Positions 26,643-36,798 of a stretch of 64,000 nucleotides of DNA are shown in pieces (position 1 is the stretch's first letter; each line of letters opens with the position of its first letter). The notes beneath the pieces were generated by a model, which did no database searches, was not told the DNA's origin, and saw only the letters and a list, made by a program, of their open reading frames with translations. Source of the DNA: an uncultured Syntrophobacterales bacterium (GTDB taxonomy: Bacteria > Desulfobacterota > Syntrophia > Syntrophales > UBA5619). Location of the stretch: positions 159,274 to 223,273 of the forward strand of contig CAIYSL010000068.1 in the NCBI GenBank assembly GCA_903928915.1, in the 5' to 3' direction. The position numbers and the translations under genes were made by a program.

Positions 26643-27959
26643 ATGACGCGACACGCACCGCTTCGACATTCCGGACTCGTGGAGCGCAATTACCTGCGCA
26701 ACCGGACTATCGTGTCTTCCGATATCGGCCCGCTGCTGGAGGATGTCGCCGCGACGGCCGGGCATGAACTCGTGGTCCACCGGTACCCGAGCGGGTCGGA
26801 TATCGGCACCTGGATCGTCCCCCCCCGGTGGGATGTGAAAGAGGCCTGGCTGAAAGGGCCCGACGGCGCTCTCATCGCCTCGTACGCGGACCATCCGCTG
26901 TTCTCGATACCCTACACGCAGCCCTTTAGCGGCAGGGTCGATCACGAAACGCTGAAACGGCACGTCCTGCTTCACCCCACGCAGGACGACGCCTTCTTCT
27001 ACGAGCACCGGTTCGCCTACGACTATCGCAAGCGCTTGACGGACTGGGCGATCACCCTGCCGCGCACCCTGTTCAACCGGCTCAGGGCGGGCGAGTATAC
27101 GGTGCATCTCGACTACGACATCGCGGACGGGGAGATGCTCGTCGGGGAGCTCTGCCTTCCCGGCGCGACCGGGGAGTGTATCGCGCTGTTGACCGACTAC
27201 TGCCATCCGGGACAGGTGAACGATTCCTTTACCGGGATTCTGGCCATGCTGGACGTGTTCGAACGGCTGAAGGTAATGGAAAACCGGCGGTATACGTACC
27301 GGCTGTTCTTCTTTCCCGAGACGATCGGCTCCTGCGTGCTGCTCCACGCCCGCCCCGACTATGCGGCAGACACCCGTCTGGCCATCTTCAGCGAATTCGT
27401 CGGCTGGGGGCGAAACTGGAAGGTCCTTGCCGGCGGGGACGCAAACGGCCTGAGCGGGAAGCTCGGCCGTCAGATCGCGCTCGCGTACCGGGATGTGCGG
27501 TGCGACGGCCTGGCGGACGGGTTCGGCAATGATGAGGCCGTGTTCGACTTCGCGGGGATACCGTCCCTGTCCGTGCAGATGAGCGAATGCGACGAATACC
27601 ACAGCTCGCTCGATCGGCCGGAGCTGATCGAACCGGCAAATGTCGAGCGGGCCGCCGACATCGTCTTTAGCCTCTGCCGGATGATGGAGGAGAACCGGGT
27701 GCTCCGCCTCGGTCAGCGCGTCCCCGTGTACTTGACGCGGTACGGCCTCTATTCCGATTCCGTGTACCAGTCCGCGGATTTCGAGAAGAACCGGACGATT
27801 CTGTACGGACTGCGCGACGGCCGTTCGCTGCTGGACATCGCCGCGGCGGCCGGTATCGAATTCGCGTACGTGCGAAGCTTCGCAGCGACGCTCGCGGAGC
27901 GGGGATTGCTGGAAACCCCGCTCCCGGACGACGACAGGAGGAAATGCCATGGAAATTGA
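26643..27959 (+). CDS. DUF4910 (M28 aminopeptidase-like) protein with C-terminal winged helix
   Basis: YPSG...WIVPPRW, YCHPGQVNDSFTG, YTYRLFFFPETIGS, EYHSSLD, DGRSLLDIA. Confidence 0.85.
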   Translation: MTRHAPLRHSGLVERNYLRNRTIVSSDIGPLLEDVAATAGHELVVHRYPSGSDIGTWIVPPRWDVKEAWLKGPDGALIASYADHPLFSIPYTQPFSGRVDHETLKRHVLLHPTQDDAFFYEHRFAYDYRKRLTDWAITLPRTLFNRLRAGEYTVHLDYDIADGEMLVGELCLPGATGECIALLTDYCHPGQVNDSFTGILAMLDVFERLKVMENRRYTYRLFFFPETIGSCVLLHARPDYAADTRLAIFSEFVGWGRNWKVLAGGDANGLSGKLGRQIALAYRDVRCDGLADGFGNDEAVFDFAGIPSLSVQMSECDEYHSSLDRPELIEPANVERAADIVFSLCRMMEENRVLRLGQRVPVYLTRYGLYSDSVYQSADFEKNRTILYGLRDGRSLLDIAAAAGIEFAYVRSFAATLAERGLLETPLPDDDRRKCHGN

Positions 27960-28878
27960 CGAACAGGCCGGTTTCGTCGGGGGAACGGTCGTATCCCGGT
28001 CGTCGCTCGAGGAGGTACGGAAGTTCTACAATACGGTCGGGGCGGATTGGGGGAACCGGTACCAGGCCCCCGACGAGAAGGCACCCGATCCCGCGGTCCT
28101 GCGGCTTCGCGTCGTGATCAAACTGATCGAGCGGTACGGGTGCGACAACATCTTCGATGCCGGCTGCGGGGACGCGCCGGTCGTTGCGGAGCTGCTGCGC
28201 CGGGGCAAGACGGTCCGCGGGGTCGATTTCTCCGAGGTGCTGGTGAACCGCGGCAAATCGCTTCTCGAAAAGCAGGGGTTTGACCCCCGCCTGTGCGAAG
28301 TCGGGGATGTAACGAACCTTGCCGAACCGGACGGCGCCCATGACACCGTCCTGTGCCTCGGCGTCCTGCCGCACATCGACCGTATGGACCGGGCAGTCGG
28401 GGAGCTGGTGCGCATCACCCGACCGGGGGGGATCCTGATCCTGTCGTTTCGCAACGACCTGTTCGACCTGTTCACCTTCAACCGCTTCACGGTGGAATTC
28501 TTCGCCGACCGGCTTCTGCCGGCAGTTCCCTTCACCCCGGAGGAGCGGGATCGCGCCCTACGCGGGATCGCCGGCCTGCTGGCCTTTCCCGACCGGCCCG
28601 GGGAGAGCCCCGACAGCCCCCATCGGGAATTCTATCGGCTGACCCGGATCAACCACAACCCCCTGACTATCGCCGCGGATCTCGAGCCATTCGGCATGAC
28701 GCACCTGGTGAACGGCTACTACAAGTTTCATCCCCTCCCGCCGCTCCTCCAGGAGCAATTCCCCAATTTTTCCGAGATCGGCGCACGGATGGATGAAACC
28801 CTGAGTTTTTCCTGGCTGGGGATGTTCATGTGCTCGACGTTCATCGCGGTATTCCGGAAGAACGGAGGCTGCCGATGA
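27949..28878 (+). CDS. Class I SAM-dependent methyltransferase
   Basis: FDAGCG, GVDFS, LCLGVLPHI, RITRPGG. Confidence 0.88.
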   Translation: MEIDEQAGFVGGTVVSRSSLEEVRKFYNTVGADWGNRYQAPDEKAPDPAVLRLRVVIKLIERYGCDNIFDAGCGDAPVVAELLRRGKTVRGVDFSEVLVNRGKSLLEKQGFDPRLCEVGDVTNLAEPDGAHDTVLCLGVLPHIDRMDRAVGELVRITRPGGILILSFRNDLFDLFTFNRFTVEFFADRLLPAVPFTPEERDRALRGIAGLLAFPDRPGESPDSPHREFYRLTRINHNPLTIAADLEPFGMTHLVNGYYKFHPLPPLLQEQFPNFSEIGARMDETLSFSWLGMFMCSTFIAVFRKNGGCR

Positions 28879-29630
28879 GCGGGGGAGACCGGGCCGCGCC
28901 CCGCGGAAGGGGCGCGCGGCGCCCAGCGGGGGAGGGGCGCAGAGGCGGGGGGGACACCGTCCTGATCGTGGCGGCCCATCCCGACGACGAGGTCCTCGGG
29001 TGCGGCGGGACCGTGGCCCGGCTGGCAGCGGAGGGCCACGATCCGTACATCGCGATCCTCGGCGAGGGGGTCACCTCGCGGTACGCGAAGCGCCGGCAGG
29101 CGGACCGGGCGATGGTCGAGGCCCTGCGGCAGCAATGCCGTGCGGCGGCAAGCACGATCGGGGCGCGGGACCTGTTCCTGTACGATCTGCCCGACAACCG
29201 GTTCGATACGCTCCCGCTGCTCGAGGTGGTGAAGATCGTGGAAGCCCTGATCGCCCGGCTGCGGCCGCGGGTCCTATATACGCACCACCCCGGCGACCTG
29301 AACGTGGATCATTGCGTCACCTTCCGTGCCGCCTTGACCGCCGCCCGGCCCGTTCCGGGCTGCGCGGTCCGGGAACTGTACACCTTCGAAACCCCGTCGT
29401 CGACGGAGTGGTCGTTTGGGGGAGGGCAACGGTTCAACCCCACGGTATTCGTCGATATCGGCGCTACGTTGCCGGCAAAGCTCGCCGCCCTTGCGCTGTA
29501 TGACGGCGAGGTGCGCCCCTTTCCCCACCCGCGGTCGAACGACGCGGTAACGGCGATCGCCCGCCGCTGGGGGAGCGTAGCAGGGGTCCACGCGGCGGAG
29601 GTGTTCGAACTGATCCGGAAGGTGTGCTGA
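28875..29630 (+). CDS. PIG-L/LmbE family deacetylase
   Basis: AAHPDDEVLGCGG and HHPGDLNVDH metal-binding motifs; FPHPRS; ATGA overlap with the upstream gene. Confidence 0.92.
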   Translation: MSGGDRAAPRGRGARRPAGEGRRGGGDTVLIVAAHPDDEVLGCGGTVARLAAEGHDPYIAILGEGVTSRYAKRRQADRAMVEALRQQCRAAASTIGARDLFLYDLPDNRFDTLPLLEVVKIVEALIARLRPRVLYTHHPGDLNVDHCVTFRAALTAARPVPGCAVRELYTFETPSSTEWSFGGGQRFNPTVFVDIGATLPAKLAALALYDGEVRPFPHPRSNDAVTAIARRWGSVAGVHAAEVFELIRKVC

Positions 29631-29729
29631 GATGCCGGCGGGGACGAGAGACAGGCGCCGCGGAGGGGATGGCGATGGCATCGGCAACGGGCCGAATGCC
29701 CCGCGAACGAGGGAAGGCAGGTGAGGGGA

Positions 29730-30353
29730 ATGGCGGATCAGGAACGGGGGAGCCGGCAACTCATCGAGGGTGCGCGGATTCATCTGCGGGCCGTTGTCCC
29801 GGCCGATGTGACCGACCGGTATTGCCGGTGGATGAATGATCCGGAAGTGGTGCAATTCTTGGAATCGCGCTTCCAACCGTCGTCGCGGGAAACCATCCTG
29901 GCCTATGTGAAAAAGATGGGCGACGCCGCCGATTACCTGTTCCTGGCGATCTGCCTGAACGAGGGGGGAGTCCATATCGGGAATATCAAGATCGGTCCGA
30001 TCGACTGGATTCACCGGTTTGCCGATGTTTCGCTCCTGATCGGAGAAAGGGACTGGTGGGGGAGGGGGCTGGGAGCGGAGGCGATCGGGCTGGTCGTCGG
30101 GTATGCGTTCGAAACCCTGAACCTCCACAAGCTGACCGCCTGTGCCTACCGGGACAACGTCGGTTCGCTCAGCGCCTTCGCAAAGGCCGGTTTCACGGAA
30201 GAGGGGGTTCGGCGGGAGCAGCGGTACTCCGCGGGGCGATACATCGACGACATCCTGCTCGGCTTGGTCAACGGCGGCGATGCCGGGGCCGCGCCTCAGG
30301 GCGGGCAGCGGCGCGAAAAACGGCCGGGGCCGCGCAGGACGAAGAAGGGATGA
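29730..30353 (+). CDS. GNAT N-acyltransferase (RimJ/RimL type; candidate PseH equivalent)
   Basis: HIGNIKIGPI, WGRGLGAEA, LNLHKL, N..S..AF.KAGF..EG. Alternative GTG start 29721. Confidence 0.85.
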   Translation: MADQERGSRQLIEGARIHLRAVVPADVTDRYCRWMNDPEVVQFLESRFQPSSRETILAYVKKMGDAADYLFLAICLNEGGVHIGNIKIGPIDWIHRFADVSLLIGERDWWGRGLGAEAIGLVVGYAFETLNLHKLTACAYRDNVGSLSAFAKAGFTEEGVRREQRYSAGRYIDDILLGLVNGGDAGAAPQGGQRREKRPGPRRTKKG

Positions 30354-30365
30354 GGGGCGAAAACG

Positions 30366-32849
30366 GTGCGTAAGTGGGAGACGCAGGATCGGAACGGCGG
30401 GCAGACTGCGCAGCGGCAAGCGGGCATCAGCGCCTGCATCATCTACCGGGGTGACGAGCGCCGGCTGCTCCGGAGCATGGCCGAACTGCGCGATCGCTTT
30501 GCCGAGACGATCGTGACGAATGCCTCCGGGTCGGGCCTCCCCGCCGGCCTCGTGACCGATGCGCGGTGCAGATGCGTCGAGCCTTCCGCTGCGTTCCCGG
30601 ACGACGCCGTCGCTTGCGGGATCGCAGAGGCGCGGGAGGAGTGGGTGTTGATCGTCGAAGCGGGCGAGTCGGTTTCCGCCGCGGGATGCGAACGCCTCAA
30701 GGAGTTGTGCCGCGCCGGCGCCGCCGATGCGTACCGGCTCCTCTTTCCCGCGGGGATCGAGGCCGGAGCGCTCGGGGCGTACGCCTGGATGGGCGCCTGG
30801 GCGGCAGATGCGCCCCCCCGGGTCGATGCGGCGGGATATGTGCCTTCCGTGGGCATACGGCTATTTCGGAAAGAGGCGGTCAAAGCGGTTCGCTCCCTTC
30901 CCGCGGGAGGACTTCAGGTCGACGTTTGCGCCTCGGCGCGGGTCTTGACCCGGTGCGACATCGGGCTGCAAGGCGATGGCGGCGCAGATGAAATCTCCGC
31001 GTCCGTCGGGGGGGAGGAGGGGCGCCGGAGAAGGGAGCGGGAGGCCTTCCTGCAAGGCACCGCCCCGCCGGACCGGCTTCCCGAATCCGGCGAGATCGTC
31101 GGTCCCGGCGAGATCGGCTATCCGCTGATTTCGGAAGAGGACCTGCCGTCGCTCGAGGCCGGCCTTGCGCGGGGGTTCGGGCGCGTCGAGATACTGAAAT
31201 GGGCGATCCATAACGTGATCGAAACGGGGGAATACCGGAAGGCCGTTTCTCTCGCGCAACAGGCGATCGACCGCCTGCCGCCGAGCCGCGAGTTGTTCGA
31301 GATCTGGCACCTCAAAGGAATCGCCCTCTTCCACCAACTGGACCTAGCGGGCGCCGCGCAGGCGATGCGCAGGGCGCTGGAGCTCAATGGGACGGATTTC
31401 AACACCCTTTCCGATCTGGTACGGGTGCACATCGTTTCCGGGGATTTGTCCCGGGCGCGGGAGGTGCTGGACTCAGCGATCGCCCATCACGGCCGCATGC
31501 CGGCAAACGAATACATCAGGCAAGCGCTCGACAGGCGGTCGGAGCGGCCGGTGACCGTCTCCCTGCTCTTGTTGTGTCGCGACGAGGAACGGTACGTCGC
31601 TCGGGCGCTACGGTCGGTTCGCTCGCTCGTCGACGAGATCGTAGCCGTCGATACGGGATCGCAGGACCGGACACGGGACATCCTGCGGGAATACGGCGCA
31701 CGCGTGGTTCCGTTCCCCTGGACCGACGACTTTGCCGCGGCGCGGAATCACGGCCTCGCCCAGGTCAGCTGCGATTACGTCTTCTGGATGGATGCGGACG
31801 AATTCCTCGCCGACAAGGACCGGCTGTCGTTCCTGGTGTTCAAGAATCTCCTGCCCCGGAGCGCTGCGGTCGGCGTCGTCTTCGACGTGCGTACACTCGA
31901 CGGGGACTACGGGATCGACGCCTGGGGGATCCCGCCCCGGATGATCGGAAAGCGGGTCGCGCTGTTTCCCCATTCGCCGCCGGTACGGTTTCAGGGGCGC
32001 GTCTTCGAGAGCGTCGATTCGGCGCTCCAGACCCTGCGCATCCCTCTGCTGTTCGCCGAAAGCATCGCCATCCGGCACCACCACGATGACGAGGCTGCAC
32101 GGCGGATCCGCAAGATCGGGGCAATGAGCGGAAGTGCGGGGGATTTGACCGCAGAGGGGTTGCTCGCGGGGGTGCTCTTCTGGATGGAGGGGGGCGATCT
32201 CGAGCGGGCTGGGGAATGGTTCGAGCGCGCCCTCGGGGCGGCAGCCGGAGAGGACAGGCACCTGCCGACGATCTGCAAGCTGTTTGATGAATGCCGGCAG
32301 AAGGGGCTCATGCGCACCAACCCCCGGATATTCGGGAAGCTTCTGTCCACCTACGGCACTTCCTATCGGGTGGTCACTCTTCTGGCCGACCATCTGTACG
32401 GGCTCGGTGAGTACGACGGGGCTGCAATCCTGCTCCGGCGGTTGGCGGCGGGAGCGGGCGGCGGGTTCGCCGACCGGCCGGAGACCGATGCCCTCCGGGA
32501 TAACCGCGTGAAGCTGGCCGCGGCGAGTCTGGAGCGGGGAGACATTGCGACCTGCGATGCCATGATCGCGCTGCTGGGAGCGGACCGGGAGGGGTCCGAC
32601 GCGGTTCGCGCGGTGTCGTTCTCCCGGGCGATCAGGACGCGGGACCTCGACGAGGCGCTCGCCCTTCTGGATGCATGGGTCCGGGAACGAAACATGCCGA
32701 TCCGGGGCACCATCAACGATTTCACCGACCTGCTTCGCGTCATCGCCGAATGTGCGGAGGTCATCGCCCGGTACGGTTCGCTCGACGCCGCCCGGATCCT
32801 GAACCGATCCGCGCACTACTTCGCCGGAACGATCGCCCAGGTGAGCTGA
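30366..32849 (+). CDS. TPR-containing GT2 glycosyltransferase (degenerate GT2 - TPR - intact GT2 - TPR)
   Basis: Second GT2 domain VSLLLLCRDEE...VDEIVAVDTGSQDRT...DDFAAARN...WMDADE. First copy ISACIIYRGDE...WVLIVEAGE lacks the DxD motif. Confidence 0.85.
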   Translation: MRKWETQDRNGGQTAQRQAGISACIIYRGDERRLLRSMAELRDRFAETIVTNASGSGLPAGLVTDARCRCVEPSAAFPDDAVACGIAEAREEWVLIVEAGESVSAAGCERLKELCRAGAADAYRLLFPAGIEAGALGAYAWMGAWAADAPPRVDAAGYVPSVGIRLFRKEAVKAVRSLPAGGLQVDVCASARVLTRCDIGLQGDGGADEISASVGGEEGRRRREREAFLQGTAPPDRLPESGEIVGPGEIGYPLISEEDLPSLEAGLARGFGRVEILKWAIHNVIETGEYRKAVSLAQQAIDRLPPSRELFEIWHLKGIALFHQLDLAGAAQAMRRALELNGTDFNTLSDLVRVHIVSGDLSRAREVLDSAIAHHGRMPANEYIRQALDRRSERPVTVSLLLLCRDEERYVARALRSVRSLVDEIVAVDTGSQDRTRDILREYGARVVPFPWTDDFAAARNHGLAQVSCDYVFWMDADEFLADKDRLSFLVFKNLLPRSAAVGVVFDVRTLDGDYGIDAWGIPPRMIGKRVALFPHSPPVRFQGRVFESVDSALQTLRIPLLFAESIAIRHHHDDEAARRIRKIGAMSGSAGDLTAEGLLAGVLFWMEGGDLERAGEWFERALGAAAGEDRHLPTICKLFDECRQKGLMRTNPRIFGKLLSTYGTSYRVVTLLADHLYGLGEYDGAAILLRRLAAGAGGGFADRPETDALRDNRVKLAAASLERGDIATCDAMIALLGADREGSDAVRAVSFSRAIRTRDLDEALALLDAWVRERNMPIRGTINDFTDLLRVIAECAEVIARYGSLDAARILNRSAHYFAGTIAQVS

Positions 32850-34775
32850 ATGATACAGGGAGAGACCATGCGATCATCGGTGTTCGAAAAGAACATGCAG
32901 GCCCTGGAGACTCGATATCCCGAGCTTTTCCGGCAGGTCTGCACAACGGGCGCTGCAGGTCCGGCGACCATCGTCCGCACTGGGGCCGCGGATGCCGCAG
33001 TGAATCTCCTCTCTCCGGATGATCGGGGGGGCTGCCTCTGGTATGACAACGAGGACCCGCTGGGCTACTGCCGCCGGTATATTCGTTCCCTCGACCTCGG
33101 GTACGCCCCGGTCGTCATTTTTTTGGGTTTCGGCCTCGGGTACCAGGTCCAGAGTGCCCTGCAGGATTTTTCGCAGCAGCTTTGCATCCAGCATATCGTC
33201 ATCATAGAAAAGGATCTCACCGTCTTTCGCGCCGCATTGCAGTACCACGATTTCAGCCGGATCATCACGCATCCGGCAATCCATCTGTTCGTCGGCTGTT
33301 CGGCCAGCGAGCTGTTCTTCGCGCTCCGGACCCATTTCGTGAACCACCCGTCGGTGCTGGAGTATGCGCGGAATCTGAAATTCATCGCCCTGCCGGCCCT
33401 ACACCGGTTCGAGCCCTCCTATTACGGCGAGGCATATCGGTGCGTAAAGGACGCCACGCTCCACATTCTCCAGCACATGGGAAACGATCCCTACGACGCC
33501 CTCCTCGGGATCCGCCAGACGGTCGCAAACCTCCGCCCGCTGATCGAAGACCCGGGGATTGCCGCCTTCCGCGGCTGCTTCCGGGCAAAGCCCGGCATCG
33601 TGATCGGCGCCGGTCCCTCGCTGAACAAGAATATCCACCTGCTCAGGGAGGCGGCCGACAAGGCGGTCCTGATCGCGGTGGACGCGGCCCTGAAGCCGCT
33701 GCTGAACGCCGGAGTTCGGCCCCATCTGGTCACGAATATCGAACGGACCGCCGGCGTGAACGCCTTCTTCTTGAACCTGGGTCGACAGGAGGAGATCTTC
33801 TTCGTCTTCTCCCCCGTAGCGGCCCCCGGGACGTACGCCGCCTTCGACGGGCCGAAGATCATCGCCCACCGGTACGAGAAGCTGATGCAGTGGCTCGCCC
33901 TACCCAAAGGAGCGCTCACCGGCGGCCCGCTCGTCTGCAACTTTGCCTTCGATATGGCTCAGTACCTGGGGTGCGATCCGATCATCCTGGTCGGACAGGA
34001 TCTGTCGTTCACCCCCAGCGGGGCGACGCACGCCAGCGGCAACGTGTTCGGACAGATCGACGAGTACAAGAGAGATACCCGGGAGGTCGAAGGCAACTAT
34101 CAGGAACGGCTTCTGACAACGCCATCCTTCGAGGAGGGCAGAAAATCGCTGGAAGTTCAGGTGCGGCACTATCCGGGTGTCTGCATCAATGCCACCGAAG
34201 GCGGCGCCAGGATCAACGGGTGCCGCTTCGTGAGCCTGAGGCGGTCGATCGACGCCTATTGCCGGGTCGGGGTCGACGCCGTGAGTATCCTGAAACGGAT
34301 CTGGACTGCCGAGAAGTCGTGTCAGCAGGACGTATCCGGCGAGCTGAGGCGAGCAGGTGCGCTCATCGATCAATCGCTTGCCGAGATGGACGCGGCGCTG
34401 GACGATTGCCGGAGGGGGCTGGATATGATCGACGCCTTTCTGCGCAGCAATCCTCTCACCTCGGGCGACGGACCCGACCCGAATGTGGCGGCGGCGATCC
34501 GCGCGCTCACCGGAGAACTGAATGAGATACGCGGACGGGTGATCGCCCTCCCCTCGTTTGCGGTGTTCGAGATGGTCATCCAGGGCTACCACTTCGACCT
34601 CGAGATGCGCCGCAACATGGCCCATGAGCAGTTTCGCCGGCGGGAGTTCGCCGAGTCGAAGTCCTTTCTGCTGCTGAAGGAATGGTTCGCCACGGTCGGC
34701 CAGCTCATCCTGTCGACACGGTTTGCCATCGAACGGGCACGGTCGGCCGCAATGGCGGAGGCGGGGTGCGCATGA
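32850..34775 (+). CDS. Motility-associated factor (Maf/DUF115) flagellin nonulosonate transferase
   Basis: FEKNMQAL, FLGFGLGY, IGAGPSLNKNI, LGCDPIILVGQDLSF, INATEGGARING. Confidence 0.9.
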   Translation: MIQGETMRSSVFEKNMQALETRYPELFRQVCTTGAAGPATIVRTGAADAAVNLLSPDDRGGCLWYDNEDPLGYCRRYIRSLDLGYAPVVIFLGFGLGYQVQSALQDFSQQLCIQHIVIIEKDLTVFRAALQYHDFSRIITHPAIHLFVGCSASELFFALRTHFVNHPSVLEYARNLKFIALPALHRFEPSYYGEAYRCVKDATLHILQHMGNDPYDALLGIRQTVANLRPLIEDPGIAAFRGCFRAKPGIVIGAGPSLNKNIHLLREAADKAVLIAVDAALKPLLNAGVRPHLVTNIERTAGVNAFFLNLGRQEEIFFVFSPVAAPGTYAAFDGPKIIAHRYEKLMQWLALPKGALTGGPLVCNFAFDMAQYLGCDPIILVGQDLSFTPSGATHASGNVFGQIDEYKRDTREVEGNYQERLLTTPSFEEGRKSLEVQVRHYPGVCINATEGGARINGCRFVSLRRSIDAYCRVGVDAVSILKRIWTAEKSCQQDVSGELRRAGALIDQSLAEMDAALDDCRRGLDMIDAFLRSNPLTSGDGPDPNVAAAIRALTGELNEIRGRVIALPSFAVFEMVIQGYHFDLEMRRNMAHEQFRRREFAESKSFLLLKEWFATVGQLILSTRFAIERARSAAMAEAGCA

Positions 34776-35812
34776 CGCAGGTTGCCGGACCATCTCAGGA
34801 AGGAGGGCGTATGCAGCACATTGGGCGCGAAGAGTCCGGGGCGGCGGTTCTGCCGGTGAGACCGGAGGATATCTCCGTCTTCACCGCCTACTTATCGCTT
34901 CTCGCCGGGCAGGGCGAGCAGGAGAAATGTCGACGGCTGCTGGGGCCGCTGTTGGACGTAGTCCGCGCACTCGCCCCTGGGGAGCGCCAGGCGATTCCTT
35001 TCCTGGCGGCAGTGTTCCGGCTCGCTGCCGAAAACAGCATCAGGACCGGAGAGGTGTCGGCGGCCGCCGACCTGTACCGCGAGGGAATCGAGCTGTTTCC
35101 CCGTGCCGGCGAGCTGCGTCTCGGGTATGGCGAATGTCTGATCCGTCTCTGCCGGTTTGCCGCCGCGGAATCGGTGCTGCACGAGCTGGCCGAAGGGAGC
35201 GCGGACCCCTCCGCGGAGCTGGAATGTCCGGGCCTCACAACTTATCGGAAGGATACGGCCCTGGGAGAACTCCGGCAGAGCCAGGGCTGTCAGGAGGCGG
35301 CGCAGGACTTCTTTGCCTCCGCACTCGCGGACAACCCGGCGTGGATTCCGGCCCACATCGGCATGATCGAGACGGAGATCCTGAAGGGAAACGTGGGCGG
35401 GGCGGAACAGTATCTGGCGGCGGTCCTCGAACGGCTGGGACCGGACCCGGCCCTCCTCCTCGCCGCGGCGGAGAGCGCGCTGATAGCCGCGGACTTCGCG
35501 AAGGCAGAGGATTGGGCCGTGCGGCTGCAGGGGGAGCTGCTGGGAGACGACCGCTTCGAGTACCTTCTGTTCAAGATCGATTTCTTCCGGGGAGACCGGG
35601 GGGCGCTGACAAGGGCACCGTACCTGTTGCGGGGGGAAACGGTGGAGACGGAGGCGGCGCGTGTCTGGCTCCATCGCCTGAACGGGGGGGCGCATGCGGC
35701 AGACCCCCGGAGGATACCCGAGGAACTCTGGCGGGATGAGTACGCCACCCTGGACGCGGCGTGGAGCGGGACGGCCTCCTCAGGCAGGCCGATTGATACG
35801 AGGGAGAGATGA
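34772..35812 (+). CDS. TPR-repeat protein
   Basis: TPR-like helices (AADLYREGIELFP, AQDFFASALADNP). ATGA overlap with maf; alternative ATG 34811 with AGGAGG. Confidence 0.75.
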   Translation: MTQVAGPSQEGGRMQHIGREESGAAVLPVRPEDISVFTAYLSLLAGQGEQEKCRRLLGPLLDVVRALAPGERQAIPFLAAVFRLAAENSIRTGEVSAAADLYREGIELFPRAGELRLGYGECLIRLCRFAAAESVLHELAEGSADPSAELECPGLTTYRKDTALGELRQSQGCQEAAQDFFASALADNPAWIPAHIGMIETEILKGNVGGAEQYLAAVLERLGPDPALLLAAAESALIAADFAKAEDWAVRLQGELLGDDRFEYLLFKIDFFRGDRGALTRAPYLLRGETVETEAARVWLHRLNGGAHAADPRRIPEELWRDEYATLDAAWSGTASSGRPIDTRER

Positions 35813-36798
35813 AGATAGACGAGTGCGGATTTCCGTCCGCGTCGGAACAGGTGTGCAGGCTGATTCTTACCGAAGACTGCAATGCAACCTGCCCCCACTG
35901 CTTCAATGCCAACATGCGCGTGGGCAACCACATGTCGATGGAGACCTTCCGCCGGGCCCTTGCGCTGGTCAGCGCCCCGGCGATCAAGCTGATGGGGGGG
36001 GAGCCGACGCTCCATCCAGACCTGCCCGAGATATTTTCCGCCTGTCACACCGTCGTTTCCCAGGTGCGGCTGTTCACCAACGGCCTGCAGCAGGAGGTGC
36101 TCGCCGGCCTCGACTGGCGGCCGGGCGACACGGTCACCTACAATTTCTTCGTGGCGAACAAGACGCTGACCAACCAGAATTATCTCTGGCAGCGGGATAT
36201 CAGCCGCACCTTCCACGTTGTCGTCAATACCCAGACCGATTTTTCACGGCTGTACCGGAAATTGCGGGCGCTCGCCGGCGTCCTCCGGAAACAGCCGGAA
36301 GGGGTGCGGGCCCGTTCGGGGCTGGCAGTAAGCCTGGACACCCAGGAAAACATCTTCCTTCACAGACAGGAGTTGCAGAGGATCCTGTACGATGTGGTGC
36401 GCAGAGCGAAGCTCTGGGGGTTCCGGAACGTCACCCGCGACCACAACATCCCGGTCTGTTTCTGGACCGAGGAAGGGATGCGGACCTACTTGGACCGTCA
36501 CCTCAGCCACAACGCCACCACCGCCTGCATGTCGCCCGCCTGCGCGAGCTGGATCGGGATCGACGGAACCGTGCGGCACTGCAATCAGTTCCCGATCCAA
36601 TGCGGTAGAATCACGGCGGAAACCAGCCGCGCCGACCTGGCCTCCTTCTATCTGCGGGGGCGGGCCGCCAAACGGGAACTTCTGGCCGCCGACGGCGAAT
36701 GCCAGCACTGCCGCCATCTGGAGCGATGTCTGGGCGGATGCTTCAAGGCCTACCACCTGGACAACCAGGTCAGCCTCCACCGGTTGAAGTGCGCCTGA
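35809..36798 (+). CDS. Radical SAM protein with SPASM domain
   Basis: CNATCPHC, MGGEPTLHP, FTNG; C-terminal C...GIDGTVRHC...CQHCRHLERCLGGC. Confidence 0.9.
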   Translation: MKIDECGFPSASEQVCRLILTEDCNATCPHCFNANMRVGNHMSMETFRRALALVSAPAIKLMGGEPTLHPDLPEIFSACHTVVSQVRLFTNGLQQEVLAGLDWRPGDTVTYNFFVANKTLTNQNYLWQRDISRTFHVVVNTQTDFSRLYRKLRALAGVLRKQPEGVRARSGLAVSLDTQENIFLHRQELQRILYDVVRRAKLWGFRNVTRDHNIPVCFWTEEGMRTYLDRHLSHNATTACMSPACASWIGIDGTVRHCNQFPIQCGRITAETSRADLASFYLRGRAAKRELLAADGECQHCRHLERCLGGCFKAYHLDNQVSLHRLKCA

